Shown: positions 8,828 through 19,191, counted from the whole stretch's first letter. The stretch: 60,781 nucleotides of DNA, filler included, from 4 parts of 4 records of this genome joined end to end with filler, not necessarily neighbours in it; one strand, 5' to 3'. Numbers and translations: made by a program. Notes: generated by a model not told the origin, from the letters alone.

Positions 8828-9919
8828 ATGCCGTCCAGATCTGACACCCGCGACTACCTTTCCCTGTTCCTGAACGACGTTCCGCTAATGGATGTTCGGG
8901 CACCGGTTGAATTCAGCAAGGGCAGCTTTCCCAGTGCAATCAATGCACCGCTGATGAACGACGAGGAACGCCACCGGGTCGGTATCTGCTACAAGGAAAA
9001 AGGGCAGGACAAGGCCATTGAACTTGGGCACCAGCTGGTCTCCGGTGACCTGAAGGCCCGGCGTATTGAAGCCTGGAAACGGTTTGCCGCCAACAATCCC
9101 CAAGGCTATTTGTTCTGCTTCCGAGGTGGCCTGCGTTCGCGGCTGACCCAGCAGTGGATCCAGGACTCTGGCATCGAGTTCCCGCTCATCCAGGGCGGCT
9201 ACAAGGCCATGCGCCGATTCCTGATCGACAGCCTGGAAGCGCTCACTGAGTCTTCCGAATTCGTGATACTCAGCGGCCGCACCGGCACTGGCAAGACGCG
9301 GGTACTGAACCAGCTGCCCAACCCCGTTGACCTGGAAGGCCTGGCGAATCATCGTGGCTCCAGCTTCGGTCGACAGGTAACGCCCCAGCCGTCACAAATT
9401 GATTTTGAGAACCGCCTGGCCGTTGCCATGCTCAAGGCTCATCATCATGTTGGCGGGCCGGTTTACCTGGAGGACGAAAGCCGTCTTGTGGGCCGTTGTG
9501 CCCTGCCGGAAAGCCTTCGCAATCGGATGGCAGAAGCGCCGTTGATGGTATTGGATCAACCCATCGAGGAACGGGTTAACATCATCCGCGAAGACTACGT
9601 TGACCAAATGGCCGCAGACTACGCAGAACGCGACGGCGCGGAGGCGGGATGGCTCAACTTCCGCGACTATCTTCTCAGCGCTCTCGACAGGATTCATAAA
9701 CGACTTGGCGGTGAACGACACAGCCAGCTGCGCCAGATGATGGAGAATGCTCTCGACATCCAGCACCGATCGGGGGACGCCCTGGCTCACCATGAGTGGA
9801 TCCAGGCACTGTTGAGGGACTACTACGATCCCATGTATGACTACCAGCTCAGCCAGAAGAAAGGCCGCGTTGTTGTGCAGGGTGGGCCAGAAATCATCAT
9901 CGGGTGGACCAGTCATTGA
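8828..9919 (+). CDS. selU: tRNA 2-selenouridine synthase (MnmH/SelU)
   Basis: Rhodanese domain (DVRAPxEF, CFRGGLRS), P-loop GRTGTGKT, DLEGLANHRGSSFG, LEDES, YYDPMY. Confidence 0.95.
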   Translation: MPSRSDTRDYLSLFLNDVPLMDVRAPVEFSKGSFPSAINAPLMNDEERHRVGICYKEKGQDKAIELGHQLVSGDLKARRIEAWKRFAANNPQGYLFCFRGGLRSRLTQQWIQDSGIEFPLIQGGYKAMRRFLIDSLEALTESSEFVILSGRTGTGKTRVLNQLPNPVDLEGLANHRGSSFGRQVTPQPSQIDFENRLAVAMLKAHHHVGGPVYLEDESRLVGRCALPESLRNRMAEAPLMVLDQPIEERVNIIREDYVDQMAADYAERDGAEAGWLNFRDYLLSALDRIHKRLGGERHSQLRQMMENALDIQHRSGDALAHHEWIQALLRDYYDPMYDYQLSQKKGRVVVQGGPEIIIGWTSH

Positions 9920-10079
9920 TTCGCAACGTACAACGCCCCCACGCAACGGGGAGACATATGTTGTACGTTTGCCACAAACCTCTGCTATAACAAAACTCAG
10001 GCAAGCCTCATATCGAACAACCGTTGTCCCTGTCAGATTTAAAGCAACAAGCCACTAATACCGAACAAGGAGTCACTGA

Positions 10080-10913
10080 ATGGAAGATCTTCTGGGTACC
10101 GACATTAACGCCTCGGAGCTATGGGACCAAGCGCTCTCCCTGATCATGACCTACGCCCCCAAAGTCCTTCTGGCCATTATCACCCTGGTCTTTGGTCTCT
10201 GGCTGATCAACCGGTTTATCGGGGTTCTGGATAAGAAACTGGGCGCAAAAGACCCGACTCTCAACAAATTCCTGTGTGGCCTGATCGGCGCGATCCTGAA
10301 GATCATGCTGCTGATCTCCGTCGCCTCGATGATCGGCATTGCCACCACCTCGTTTATCGCGGTCATCGGTGCTGCCGGCCTCGCCATCGGCCTGGCACTC
10401 CAGGGTAGCCTGGCCAACTTTGCCGGCGGCGTGCTGATCCTGATCTTCAAGCCGTTCAAGGTCGGCGACACCATTGAAGCCCAGGGCTATCTGGGCGCTG
10501 TCGCGGAGATCCAGATTCTCTACACCGTGGTGAACACCTTCGATAACCGCCGCATTGTTATTCCCAACGGCAGCCTGTCCAACGCCACGCTGACCAACGT
10601 CAGCATCTACAGCACACGCCGCTGCGACATGACTTTCGGCATTCACTATGACGACGACATCGACAAAGCCAAGGCCATCCTGAAGCGGCTGTTCGACGAG
10701 GACGAACGCTCCCTGAAAGACCCGGAACCCCGTATCTGCGTGGGCAGCCTTGGTGATAACTCCGTCAACCTGATGTTCCGTGCCTGGGTCGCCACCGACG
10801 ATCTGTGGCCGTACTACTGGGACATGCACGAGAAAGTGAAGAAGGCGTTCGACGCCGAGGGCATTACCATTCCCTTCCCGCAGCGGGATGTTCATGTCTA
10901 CAAATCAGAGTGA
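10080..10913 (+). CDS. mscS: Small-conductance mechanosensitive channel
   Basis: GAAGLAIGLALQGSLANFAGG, PFKVGD, IPN and IPFPQ motifs. Confidence 0.93.
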   Translation: MEDLLGTDINASELWDQALSLIMTYAPKVLLAIITLVFGLWLINRFIGVLDKKLGAKDPTLNKFLCGLIGAILKIMLLISVASMIGIATTSFIAVIGAAGLAIGLALQGSLANFAGGVLILIFKPFKVGDTIEAQGYLGAVAEIQILYTVVNTFDNRRIVIPNGSLSNATLTNVSIYSTRRCDMTFGIHYDDDIDKAKAILKRLFDEDERSLKDPEPRICVGSLGDNSVNLMFRAWVATDDLWPYYWDMHEKVKKAFDAEGITIPFPQRDVHVYKSE

Positions 10914-11082
10914 TTGGTATCTCATTAACACACACTGTTACTCGCATTCTGACGAGCCTCAACTAAGCTGACCAATAATGGCGGTGCAGTCGCAGAAGCG
11001 GCTTCACCGCCAGTCACCGGGGCCGGTCCAACCAAACCACCGGTTCCAGTACCGCTGTCATTGCTGGTAGGAGGTTGTCACT

Positions 11083-11640
11083 ATGCCGGTACAGCAGTTG
11101 AAGGAATACCTCGACCAGGCAGGCGTGGAATACATGTGCCTGTCACACCCCCCTTCGTTCACCGCCCAGCAACTCGCCCATCACGTCAAGATCGCCGGCG
11201 ACCGGGTGGTCAAAACCGTCATTATTGAACTGGACGGAAAAATGGCGATGCTGGTTATGCCCGCCACCTGGCGCATCCGCTGGGACCGTCTGACACGAAT
11301 TCTGGATACCGACTTTGTTGACCTCGCGGACGAACAGGAATTTCAGGACCGCTTTCCCGAGTGTGAAGTCGGCGCTATGCCGCCATTCGGCAACCTGTTT
11401 GACATGTCCGTGTACTGTGCAGAAGCCCTGACCCGGCAACCGGAGCTGGCCTTTGCCGCCGGCAGCCACACCGAATCCATCCACATGAAAACCTCGGATT
11501 TCCTGGACCTTGTAAACCCTATGGTGCTGGAGCAGGGATTTGTGAAACCCGGCGCGCAAAAACCGGCTTGGTTGAAGGGTCGTGCCCGCAGAGCAGAATC
11601 CCTGACAGACAGCCCCACTGCCAACCTGGCCGGTTACTGA
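11083..11640 (+). CDS. YbaK/ProX/EbsC-family aminoacyl-tRNA deacylase
   Basis: VVKTV, FPECEVGAMPPFG and AGSHTES motifs. AGGAGG RBS. Confidence 0.88.
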   Translation: MPVQQLKEYLDQAGVEYMCLSHPPSFTAQQLAHHVKIAGDRVVKTVIIELDGKMAMLVMPATWRIRWDRLTRILDTDFVDLADEQEFQDRFPECEVGAMPPFGNLFDMSVYCAEALTRQPELAFAAGSHTESIHMKTSDFLDLVNPMVLEQGFVKPGAQKPAWLKGRARRAESLTDSPTANLAGY

Positions 11641-11725
11641 CGCGGTAACCGACCCGGGCTTGAGCGTGACCGCTTGTCTGGATGCGCCCATCGAGTAAAC
11701 TGGGCGTACCAGACAGGAACCCGTT

Positions 11726-13012
11726 ATGACTCAAGCCTTTGATATTGTGATTGTCGGTGCCGGCATGGTCGGCGCTGCCCTCGCGACCGGACTTGGCCGC
11801 AGTGGCTTTCGCGTGGCCCTGGTCGACCGAGACTCTGCTCCCGAATTTGACGCCTCACAGCCACCGGACATCCGCGTGTCAGCCCTGAGCGCAGGCAGTG
11901 AGCGTTATCTGAGAGAACTCGACGTCTGGCCCAGCATACTCGGCATGCGTGCAACGCCCTACGCCCGCCTGGCAGTGTGGGACGAGACCCGCCACCCACT
12001 CAGCAACCTGCTTCCGCGCAAAATTGCCGATGTGGTGTTCGATGCCGACAACCTGTCCGCCCCACACCTGGGGCATATCGTGGAGAATCGAATTACCCAG
12101 CAGGCGTTGTGGCGCAGCACCGCGTCTCTGCCCTCGGTCTCCCTGTTTCCCGACAACGCCGTCAGCCATCTCGATAATGGCGACCAGCACGCCTCAGTAA
12201 CCCTGAAGGACGGCACGGAACTTGAGTGCCAGTTGGTGGTGGGGGCCGATGGCGCCACATCCGGTGTCCGGGAACTGGCGGGCATCGGCGTTACCCGGGA
12301 TCAGTACCAGCAACAGGCGATGGTCATCTCGGTTCGTTACCAGGGCGCGGTTGAGAACATCACCTGGCAGGGCTTCTACCCGTCCGGCCCCCGCGCTTTC
12401 CTGCCGCTGCATTCCGCTGGTAACGGCGAAAGCTGGGCGTCTCTGGTGTGGTACGACTCGCCGGACCAATTGGCGCGCCTGAAATCACTGGACGACCGTG
12501 CGTTGATGGCCGAAATACAGAACGCCTTCCCGCCGGAACTGCCATTGCTGACGCACATTGAAGCCAGAGCCAGCTTCCCGATTGCCCGCCAGCACGCCCA
12601 AACCTACATCAATAATCGCGTGGTCCTGGCGGGAGATGCCGCCCACACCATCAACCCGCTGGCCGGCCAGGGCGTCAACCTGGGCTTCCAGGACGCCCGC
12701 TGCCTGCAGTCTGTCGTCCGCGAGGCCAAACGCGCCGGCTGCGACCTCGCCGATCCAGCGTGGCTGGCAAAATACGAACAGCAACGCCGCCCGGCCAACC
12801 GCCGCATGATGATGGCGATGGATGTGTTCTACCATCTGTTCAGCAACCGTACACCGCCGCTGCACCTGCTGCGCAACCTGGGCCTGGGTGCTGCGAAAGC
12901 CATGCCATTTGCCAGAAACCGGGTGGCCAAATACGCTATGGGTATCGACGATGAACTGCCCCCAATGCTCCGCCAGTTGGCGGATCGATTGCCGGGGCTG
13001 AAGCAACTGTAA
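11726..13012 (+). CDS. UbiH/UbiF/VisC-family FAD-dependent ubiquinone hydroxylase
   Basis: GAGMVG, RVSALS, VGADG, LAGDAAHTINPLAGQGVNLGFQD. Most like UbiF, but the subfamily is not certain. Confidence 0.88.
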   Translation: MTQAFDIVIVGAGMVGAALATGLGRSGFRVALVDRDSAPEFDASQPPDIRVSALSAGSERYLRELDVWPSILGMRATPYARLAVWDETRHPLSNLLPRKIADVVFDADNLSAPHLGHIVENRITQQALWRSTASLPSVSLFPDNAVSHLDNGDQHASVTLKDGTELECQLVVGADGATSGVRELAGIGVTRDQYQQQAMVISVRYQGAVENITWQGFYPSGPRAFLPLHSAGNGESWASLVWYDSPDQLARLKSLDDRALMAEIQNAFPPELPLLTHIEARASFPIARQHAQTYINNRVVLAGDAAHTINPLAGQGVNLGFQDARCLQSVVREAKRAGCDLADPAWLAKYEQQRRPANRRMMMAMDVFYHLFSNRTPPLHLLRNLGLGAAKAMPFARNRVAKYAMGIDDELPPMLRQLADRLPGLKQL

Positions 13013-13052
13013 CCCGTTTTTTCGGACCTTCAATCACCAACAGGGAACCATC

Positions 13053-13418
13053 ATGGCGGAAACCATTTTCACCAAGATCATGAACCGGGAAATCCCGGCG
13101 GACATCGTTTACGAAGACGACATCAGCCTGGCGTTCAAGGACATCAATCCACAGGCACCGGTACACCTGCTGATCATCCCGAAAAAGGAAATCGCAACGA
13201 TCAACGACATGGAAGAAGGCGACCGCGAGCTGATGGGCCATCTGTACTGGGTTGCCGCCAAACTGGCGAAGGAGATGGGGTTTGCGGACGACGGCTACCG
13301 AACAGTCATGAACTGCGGCGAAAACTCCGGGCAGACGGTATTCCACATCCACCTGCACCTTCTGGCCGGCAAGCCCCTCGGTTGGCCGCCGTATACCGAC
13401 AGAATGAAGCAGGCCTGA
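13053..13418 (+). CDS. hinT: Histidine triad nucleotide-binding protein
   Basis: ETIFTKI, DINPQAPVH and GQTVFHIHLHLL (HxHxH). Confidence 0.93.
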   Translation: MAETIFTKIMNREIPADIVYEDDISLAFKDINPQAPVHLLIIPKKEIATINDMEEGDRELMGHLYWVAAKLAKEMGFADDGYRTVMNCGENSGQTVFHIHLHLLAGKPLGWPPYTDRMKQA

Positions 13419-13467
13419 TGGTTTTAGGTAGTTGTTGCCGAGGCCAGCTCAAAGCTTGATAGGCCGG

Positions 13468-13566
13468 TGGGCGGTACGGCTTTCCGGGATCTATCTTTCG
13501 CCATGGATGGCGAAAGCTAAGCGCCCAGGGAGGGCTTGAGCGTGTCCCGGAAAGCCGTACCGCCCA
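13468..13566. repeat. Branched palindromic intergenic element (REP/MITE-like)
   Basis: Perfect 22-bp terminal inverted repeats (13468-13489 and 13545-13566) enclose two small hairpins with GGA loops. It lies between convergent hinT and phoU. Confidence 0.75.
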
Positions 13567-13593
13567 TTGGCCCTGCACCCAAGCTAAGACCTC

Positions 13594-14316
13594 CTAGCGG
13601 CCGACAACCTTCTCGGCTTCCTCAACAGGCGTATGCCGAACATCCTCACCCTTGACCATGAAGATCACATTCTCGGCAATGTTACAGGCATGATCCCCCA
13701 CCCGCTCCAGGGCACGGAGAATCCACATCACCGACATACAGCGGGAAATATTTCGGGTGTCTTCCATCATGAACGTCAGCAACGTCCGCGTGGCCGCCTG
13801 GTACTCCTCGTCCACCCGCTTGTCTTCCTTCATGATCCGCAGCGCCTGCTCCGAATCCAGACGGGCGAAGGCGTCCAAGGCATCGTGGAGCATGCTCAGA
13901 ACATGATTGCCAATGTGACGCACTTCCACGTAACCACGGGGCGCCTGGCCTTCCTCTGACAGCTTGATGGCGAACTTGGCAATTTTCTTCGCCTCGTCAC
14001 CAACCCGCTCCAGATCCGCCACCATCTTGATCACCGAAATCACCAGCCGCAGGTCACGAGCGGTCGGCTGACGACGAGCAATAATCAGAGTGGCTTCCTC
14101 ATCCAGTTCAATCTCTTTCTGATCGACTTTCTTGTCCGTGGCACGGACTTCGTCCGCCAGGTGGCCATCGTTGTCCACCAGTGCGGTAATCGCACGGTCG
14201 ACCTGGGACTCCACCAGGCCACCCATCTCGAGGAACTCGCTCTTCAGGGCCATCAGTTCGTCATTGAACTTGTGCGAAATATGATCGCCGTAAACATCGT
14301 CCTTTTTATCTGGCAT
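13594..14316 (-). CDS. phoU: Phosphate signalling protein PhoU
   Basis: IARRQPTARDLR, DLERVGD and LERVGDHACNIAE. Last gene of the pst operon. Confidence 0.96.
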   Translation of the reverse strand: MPDKKDDVYGDHISHKFNDELMALKSEFLEMGGLVESQVDRAITALVDNDGHLADEVRATDKKVDQKEIELDEEATLIIARRQPTARDLRLVISVIKMVADLERVGDEAKKIAKFAIKLSEEGQAPRGYVEVRHIGNHVLSMLHDALDAFARLDSEQALRIMKEDKRVDEEYQAATRTLLTFMMEDTRNISRCMSVMWILRALERVGDHACNIAENVIFMVKGEDVRHTPVEEAEKVVGR

Positions 14317-14349
14317 GACTGTGTTCTCCAGTGTTCAGCAATACCGGCG

Positions 14350-15237
14350 TTAACCGAAACGGCCGGTGATATAGGATTCGGTGAGTTCGTGCTCGGGCGA
14401 CGTAAACACCTTGTTGGTCTCGTTTACTTCCACCAGATGCCCCAGGTGGAAATACGCCGTTCGATTCGATACACGGGCTGCCTGCTGCATAGAATGCGTC
14501 ACAATCACGATGGTGTAGCTCTCGGACATTTCCGCCATCAGCTCTTCCACCCTCGCGGTTGCAATGGGATCCAGCGCGGAGCAAGGCTCATCCATCAGAA
14601 TGACCTCCGGGCTCACCGCAATGGCGCGCGCAATGCACAGACGCTGTTGCTGGCCACCCGACATACCGGTCGCCGTCGCGTCCAGGCGATCCTTGACCTC
14701 GCCCCACAGGCCCGCTTTTCGCAGGCTGTTCTCAACGATGTCATCAAGATCGGACTTGCGGTTCGCCAGCCCGTGTATCCGGGGGCCATAGGCCACGTTG
14801 TCGTAGATGGACTTGGGGAAGGGGTTCGGCTTCTGGAACACCATACCGACCCGCGCACGCAACTCGACAACGTCCCGGCGACGGTCATAGATGTCCTGGT
14901 CGTCCAACTGCAATGATCCCGTTACCTTGCAGATTTCGATGCTATCGTTCATCCGGTTGAGGCATCTCAGGAAGGTGGACTTGCCGCACCCTGAAGGACC
15001 TATAAAGGCAATCACCTCGTTCTTTGCCACATCCAGGCTGATGTTCTTGATCGCCCGGGTATCACCGTAGGAAACGTTGACATCGCGAAGCTTGAACTTG
15101 GCGTTGTCGGCAAAAGGCTCTCCCACCGTTTTGCCTTCCTCAATGATCGTTTCCTCGGGCTGTTCCCGCACCGGAGCAACCGCGTCAATCTCTTGATGAT
15201 CGGCTTCTTTGGTAATCGTTGGGTTCATCGTATTCAT
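14350..15237 (-). CDS. pstB: Phosphate ABC transporter ATPase
   Basis: [51 protein letters not shown]. Confidence 0.97.
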   Translation of the reverse strand: MNTMNPTITKEADHQEIDAVAPVREQPEETIIEEGKTVGEPFADNAKFKLRDVNVSYGDTRAIKNISLDVAKNEVIAFIGPSGCGKSTFLRCLNRMNDSIEICKVTGSLQLDDQDIYDRRRDVVELRARVGMVFQKPNPFPKSIYDNVAYGPRIHGLANRKSDLDDIVENSLRKAGLWGEVKDRLDATATGMSGGQQQRLCIARAIAVSPEVILMDEPCSALDPIATARVEELMAEMSESYTIVIVTHSMQQAARVSNRTAYFHLGHLVEVNETNKVFTSPEHELTESYITGRFG

Positions 15238-15248
15238 TGCTTATCTCC

Positions 15249-16523
15249 TTACCACCGACGCTCAAGGCGCTTGCGAAGCCAAATGGCCAGTGCGTTCATG
15301 CTAACCAGGAATGCCAACAGCACCATGATGGCTGCTGACGCACGTTCTATAAAGGCGAGCTCCGGGCTGCCTGCCCACAGGAAGACCTGAACCGGGAGTA
15401 CCGTCGCCGAATCGAAAAAGCCGTCAGGAACATCAACGATGAACGCCACCATTCCGATCAGCAACAGCGGAGCGGTCTCGCCCAATGCCTGCGCCATACC
15501 GATAATGGAACCGGTCAGCATGCCCGGCATGGCCAGCGGCAATACATGGTGCAGTACCACCTGCATTTTGGAAGCGCCAATACCTTCCGCGGCCTCCCTG
15601 ATTGAGGGCGGCACACTCTTGATGGCCGCCCGGCTGGAAATGATGATGGTTGGCAGGGTCATCAACGTCAGTACAAGACCGCCCACCACCGGAACCGATC
15701 GGGGCATACCGAACAGGTTGATGAACACCGCCAGGCCCAGCAAACCGAAGATAATCGACGGCACCGCAGCCAGGTTGTTGATGTTCACTTCAATGAAATC
15801 CGTGAGCCTGTTCTGGGGTGCAAACTCTTCCAGGTAAATGGCAGCCGCTACCCCGATCGGGAAAGACAGTATCAGAGTCACCAGCATGGTCAGCAAAGAC
15901 CCAACGATAGCCCCGAGAATACCAGCGCGCGACGGATCACGGGAATCGCCGCTGCTAAAGAACACATCGTTGAAGGACGTCTGCACGACCTCTTTTTCCA
16001 CCAGTTGATCCACCCAACGCTGTTGCCGATCGCTGAGCTTGATCGAATAGGCGTCGTCACCCGCATGTTTCACGTAGACATCCACGTCGGTGTGAGCCAG
16101 AACGGTCAAGGTTCGGGTGGTTCCAAGCCACTCGGGGTTCTGCTCGAGCATGTCGCGCAACTCATTGGACGCGTATGGGTTAAGCAGATCACGAACGGCG
16201 TCCCTGTTCTCCTCCGTCGCGCCCGGCACCTGTTTGATCAGCGCCTGCAGTAACGGCTCCACGAAGTCCGCCATCTTGATCTGCTGTTTGTCCGTGGCGT
16301 CATCCAGATACATCATTTCACCATCGAGCTCGACTTCCATGGTGATCGTGGTTTTGGTGAAGCCGGTGTAGCCTTTACCAATAATGTCGACAAACAGCAC
16401 CACCAGGGCCGAAAGCGCAATCGCAATCGCCAGTATGCCGTAGGCCCGGAACCGACGCTCCTTGCGGTAGCGCCGCTTGAGTGACTGGCGGACAATCTCC
16501 GCCTGTGAACGTTGATCAGTCAT
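15249..16523 (-). CDS. pstA: Phosphate ABC transporter permease
   Basis: NINNLAAVPSIIFGLLG and AQALGETAPL, plus operon position. Confidence 0.95.
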   Translation of the reverse strand: MTDQRSQAEIVRQSLKRRYRKERRFRAYGILAIAIALSALVVLFVDIIGKGYTGFTKTTITMEVELDGEMMYLDDATDKQQIKMADFVEPLLQALIKQVPGATEENRDAVRDLLNPYASNELRDMLEQNPEWLGTTRTLTVLAHTDVDVYVKHAGDDAYSIKLSDRQQRWVDQLVEKEVVQTSFNDVFFSSGDSRDPSRAGILGAIVGSLLTMLVTLILSFPIGVAAAIYLEEFAPQNRLTDFIEVNINNLAAVPSIIFGLLGLAVFINLFGMPRSVPVVGGLVLTLMTLPTIIISSRAAIKSVPPSIREAAEGIGASKMQVVLHHVLPLAMPGMLTGSIIGMAQALGETAPLLLIGMVAFIVDVPDGFFDSATVLPVQVFLWAGSPELAFIERASAAIMVLLAFLVSMNALAIWLRKRLERRW

Positions 16524-17904
16524 ACTGTTCCCGATATTTGCGAACGATTTTCAGGGCCACCACATTCAACAACAGGGTAGCGAGGAAGAGCATCGCGCCG
16601 AGGGCAAAGGCCGCCAGGGTCTTGGCGCTGTCGAATTCCTGGTCGCCGGTCAGCAGGGTGACAATCTGTACGGTCACCGTGGTAACGGTTTCCAGCGGAT
16701 TGGCCGTCAGGTTCGCCGCAAGGCCCGCCGCCATGACCACAATCATGGTTTCACCAATGGCCCGGGAAACCGCCAGCAGCACACCCCCCATAATGCCGGG
16801 CAGCGCCGCCGGGAAAATCACCTTCTTCATGGTTTCCGACTGAGTGGCGCCCAGGGCCAGAGAGCCATCGCGGAGCGTCTGGGGTACCGCGTTGATCACA
16901 TCGTCCGAGAGTGACGATACAAACGGAATGATCATGATGCCCATGACCCCACCGGCAGCAAGCGCACTCTGGGATGAGGCATCTATACCCAACGAGCCGG
17001 CAAAATTGCTGATAAACGGTGCGACCGTCAGCGCCGCAAAGAAGCCATAGACGACCGTTGGAATGCCCGCCAGCATTTCCAGTAACGGCTTCACCACGCC
17101 ACGAACTCTCTTGTTGGCGTACTCAGACAGGTAAATCGCCGACAACAATCCAACCGGCACGGCAACCAGCATCGCAATCGCCGAAATCAGCAGTGTGCCG
17201 GTAAACAGTGGGATCATGCCAAAGGCGCCCTGGGCCGCCACCTGGTCGGCTCGCAATGCGGTTTGTGGGCTCCACTGGGAGCCAAAGATAAACTCGGTGA
17301 ACGGAATCTTCTGGAAGAACCGGAAGGTTTCAAACGCAACGGAGAAGATAATGCCGATGGTGGTCAGAATCGCCAGCGCCGCACAGGCGAAGAACAGCCA
17401 CTTCAGGATCGACTCCACCTGCGTTCGGGCATTCAGTGCCGGGCGAACCCGGAGCCAGCCCAGGAAGCCCGCCAGTACCGAAACGGACACCACCAGGGTG
17501 GTCATGAACATCCGGCTCTGCTCCCTCAGTGCCTTCAGCCGCTCAGCAGCTTCGACAATCGGCGCTTCCGCGAAGCCCGGAGGCAGGCTGCCGCTGGCCA
17601 CGTTGCTGATCTTGCTCAACAGAAGACTCGCCTCGCCCTCAGACGCCGGCAACATCTCCTGTGGCAGAGAGCCAATGATCAGGGTCTGAATAACCTTTCC
17701 CTGGAACGCTGCCCAGAGCCCGAGCACAAGCAGCGCGGGGATGCCGCACCACAAAGCCGCTCGCGCCCCGTAATAGAAAGGCAGGGACTTGAGATGACGA
17801 ATGCCCCCCATCGGCATCGCCAGTGACCGAGATCGGGCATAACCCAAGCCGTAGGCAACCATCGATAGCACGATGGTCAGTAAAAGCAGATTGGCCGGTT
17901 GCAT
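16516..17904 (-). CDS. pstC: Phosphate ABC transporter permease
   Basis: AIYLSEYA, LAGIPTVVYGFF and SRAIGETM, plus operon position. Confidence 0.95.
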   Translation of the reverse strand: MQPANLLLLTIVLSMVAYGLGYARSRSLAMPMGGIRHLKSLPFYYGARAALWCGIPALLVLGLWAAFQGKVIQTLIIGSLPQEMLPASEGEASLLLSKISNVASGSLPPGFAEAPIVEAAERLKALREQSRMFMTTLVVSVSVLAGFLGWLRVRPALNARTQVESILKWLFFACAALAILTTIGIIFSVAFETFRFFQKIPFTEFIFGSQWSPQTALRADQVAAQGAFGMIPLFTGTLLISAIAMLVAVPVGLLSAIYLSEYANKRVRGVVKPLLEMLAGIPTVVYGFFAALTVAPFISNFAGSLGIDASSQSALAAGGVMGIMIIPFVSSLSDDVINAVPQTLRDGSLALGATQSETMKKVIFPAALPGIMGGVLLAVSRAIGETMIVVMAAGLAANLTANPLETVTTVTVQIVTLLTGDQEFDSAKTLAAFALGAMLFLATLLLNVVALKIVRKYREQYD

Positions 17905-17986
17905 GAAAATTCCCGTAACAAGCTAAAAAGGACCACAAGTGTAATCATTCGGAAAACAGGACGCACATGCCGCTTTCCAGACGTGC

Positions 17987-18021
17987 AAAAGGGCGCGAGC
18001 CTTTCAAAGACCCGCACCCTT
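17987..18021 (-). terminator. Hairpin/terminator after pstS
   Basis: Minus strand GGGTGCGGGTCTT..AAGGCTCGCGCCC-TTTT, in the usual position for a pstS-stabilising stem-loop. Confidence 0.65.
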
Positions 18022-18046
18022 GTCAGTCAACACGGTGTTGACTGGC

Positions 18047-19099
18047 TTACATCAGCTCTTCCTTGGCCAGGTTAGGCATGCTGGATGCCTTGTCCTGCAG
18101 CTTCATCAGCGCGTCGCGCGGAGGAACGATCAGGCCAACGTCCTTCAGGTAGCCGTTCTGGCCCATGGCGCTCGGGCTTACAAAGAACTCGGCGTATTCC
18201 GCGATGCCCGGAACCACACCAACGTGGGCTTTCTTCACGTAGAAGAACAGCGAACGGGCAACCGGGTATTCGTCTGCAGCGATGGCTTCAGCGGTCGGCA
18301 CCATGCCATTAAGGGTGGCAGCCTGCAGACGGTCAGCGTTCTCTTCCAGGAAGCTGTAGCCAAACACGCCGTAAAGGCCTTTGTCGTCGATAAGCTTCTG
18401 AACGATCAGGTTGTCGTTCTCGCCGGCTTCGATGAACGCGCCATCTTCACGAACGCTCTGACATACGCCTTCCATGTCGTCTTCGCTCATGTTGGCAACG
18501 GCCGGCAGGTCTTCACAGCCGCCCTGCAGGGCCAGCTCGTTGAAGGAATCACGGGTGCCGGAGGTCGGAGGCGGCCCCATCACACGAATGGCTACGTTTG
18601 GCAGGCTGGAGTCAATATCGCTCCACTTCTCGTAGGGGTTGGCGACCAGTTTGGTTTCGTCATCAGGCGAAGGAACCTGCTTGCCCAGGGCCAGGAACAG
18701 CTGCTCCAGGGAAATATCCAGGTTGTCAGCTTTCTGGGAGCTGGCAATGACGATGCCGTCTGAACCAATGCGGAATTCGGTGATGTCTTTTACGCCGTTT
18801 TTCTGGCAAAGATCGTACTCAGACGTCTTCATGCGACGTGACGCATTGGTGATGTCCGGATGCTGGGTGCCGATACCGGCACAAAACAGCTTCAGGCCGC
18901 CGCCAGAACCTGTGGACTCAAGTTTCGGAGTCGGGAAGTCAGTAGAAGAGCCAAAACGCTCAGCCACAACAGTCGCGAAGGGGTAAACGGTAGACGAACC
19001 GACGATGCTGATGGTGTCGCGTGCCATGGCAGGAGTCGACACGGCGGCGATGCTGCCTGCCAGTGCCACGGTTGTAAGGGCTGTTTTAAGTTTGATCAC
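18047..19099 (-). CDS. pstS: Phosphate-binding periplasmic protein
   Basis: Signal peptide, VGSSTVYPF, STGSGGG, NASR, PPPTSGTRD. GTG start with GGAG RBS. Confidence 0.95.
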   Translation of the reverse strand: MIKLKTALTTVALAGSIAAVSTPAMARDTISIVGSSTVYPFATVVAERFGSSTDFPTPKLESTGSGGGLKLFCAGIGTQHPDITNASRRMKTSEYDLCQKNGVKDITEFRIGSDGIVIASSQKADNLDISLEQLFLALGKQVPSPDDETKLVANPYEKWSDIDSSLPNVAIRVMGPPPTSGTRDSFNELALQGGCEDLPAVANMSEDDMEGVCQSVREDGAFIEAGENDNLIVQKLIDDKGLYGVFGYSFLEENADRLQAATLNGMVPTAEAIAADEYPVARSLFFYVKKAHVGVVPGIAEYAEFFVSPSAMGQNGYLKDVGLIVPPRDALMKLQDKASSMPNLAKEELM

Positions 19100-19173
19100 G
19101 TTGAGTCTCCATTTGTCACTTTGACTTTATTTACGGGTTTGCTTTACCGATGTGTGAACAATAAAGGCACTCT

Positions 19174-19191
19174 GTGACAACTTTGTTACAG
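19174..19191 (-). promoter_or_regulatory. Pho box (PhoB site) upstream of pstS
   Basis: Minus strand CTGTAAC-AAAG-TTGTCAC resembles CTGTCAT-N4-CTGTCAY. Confidence 0.85.
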
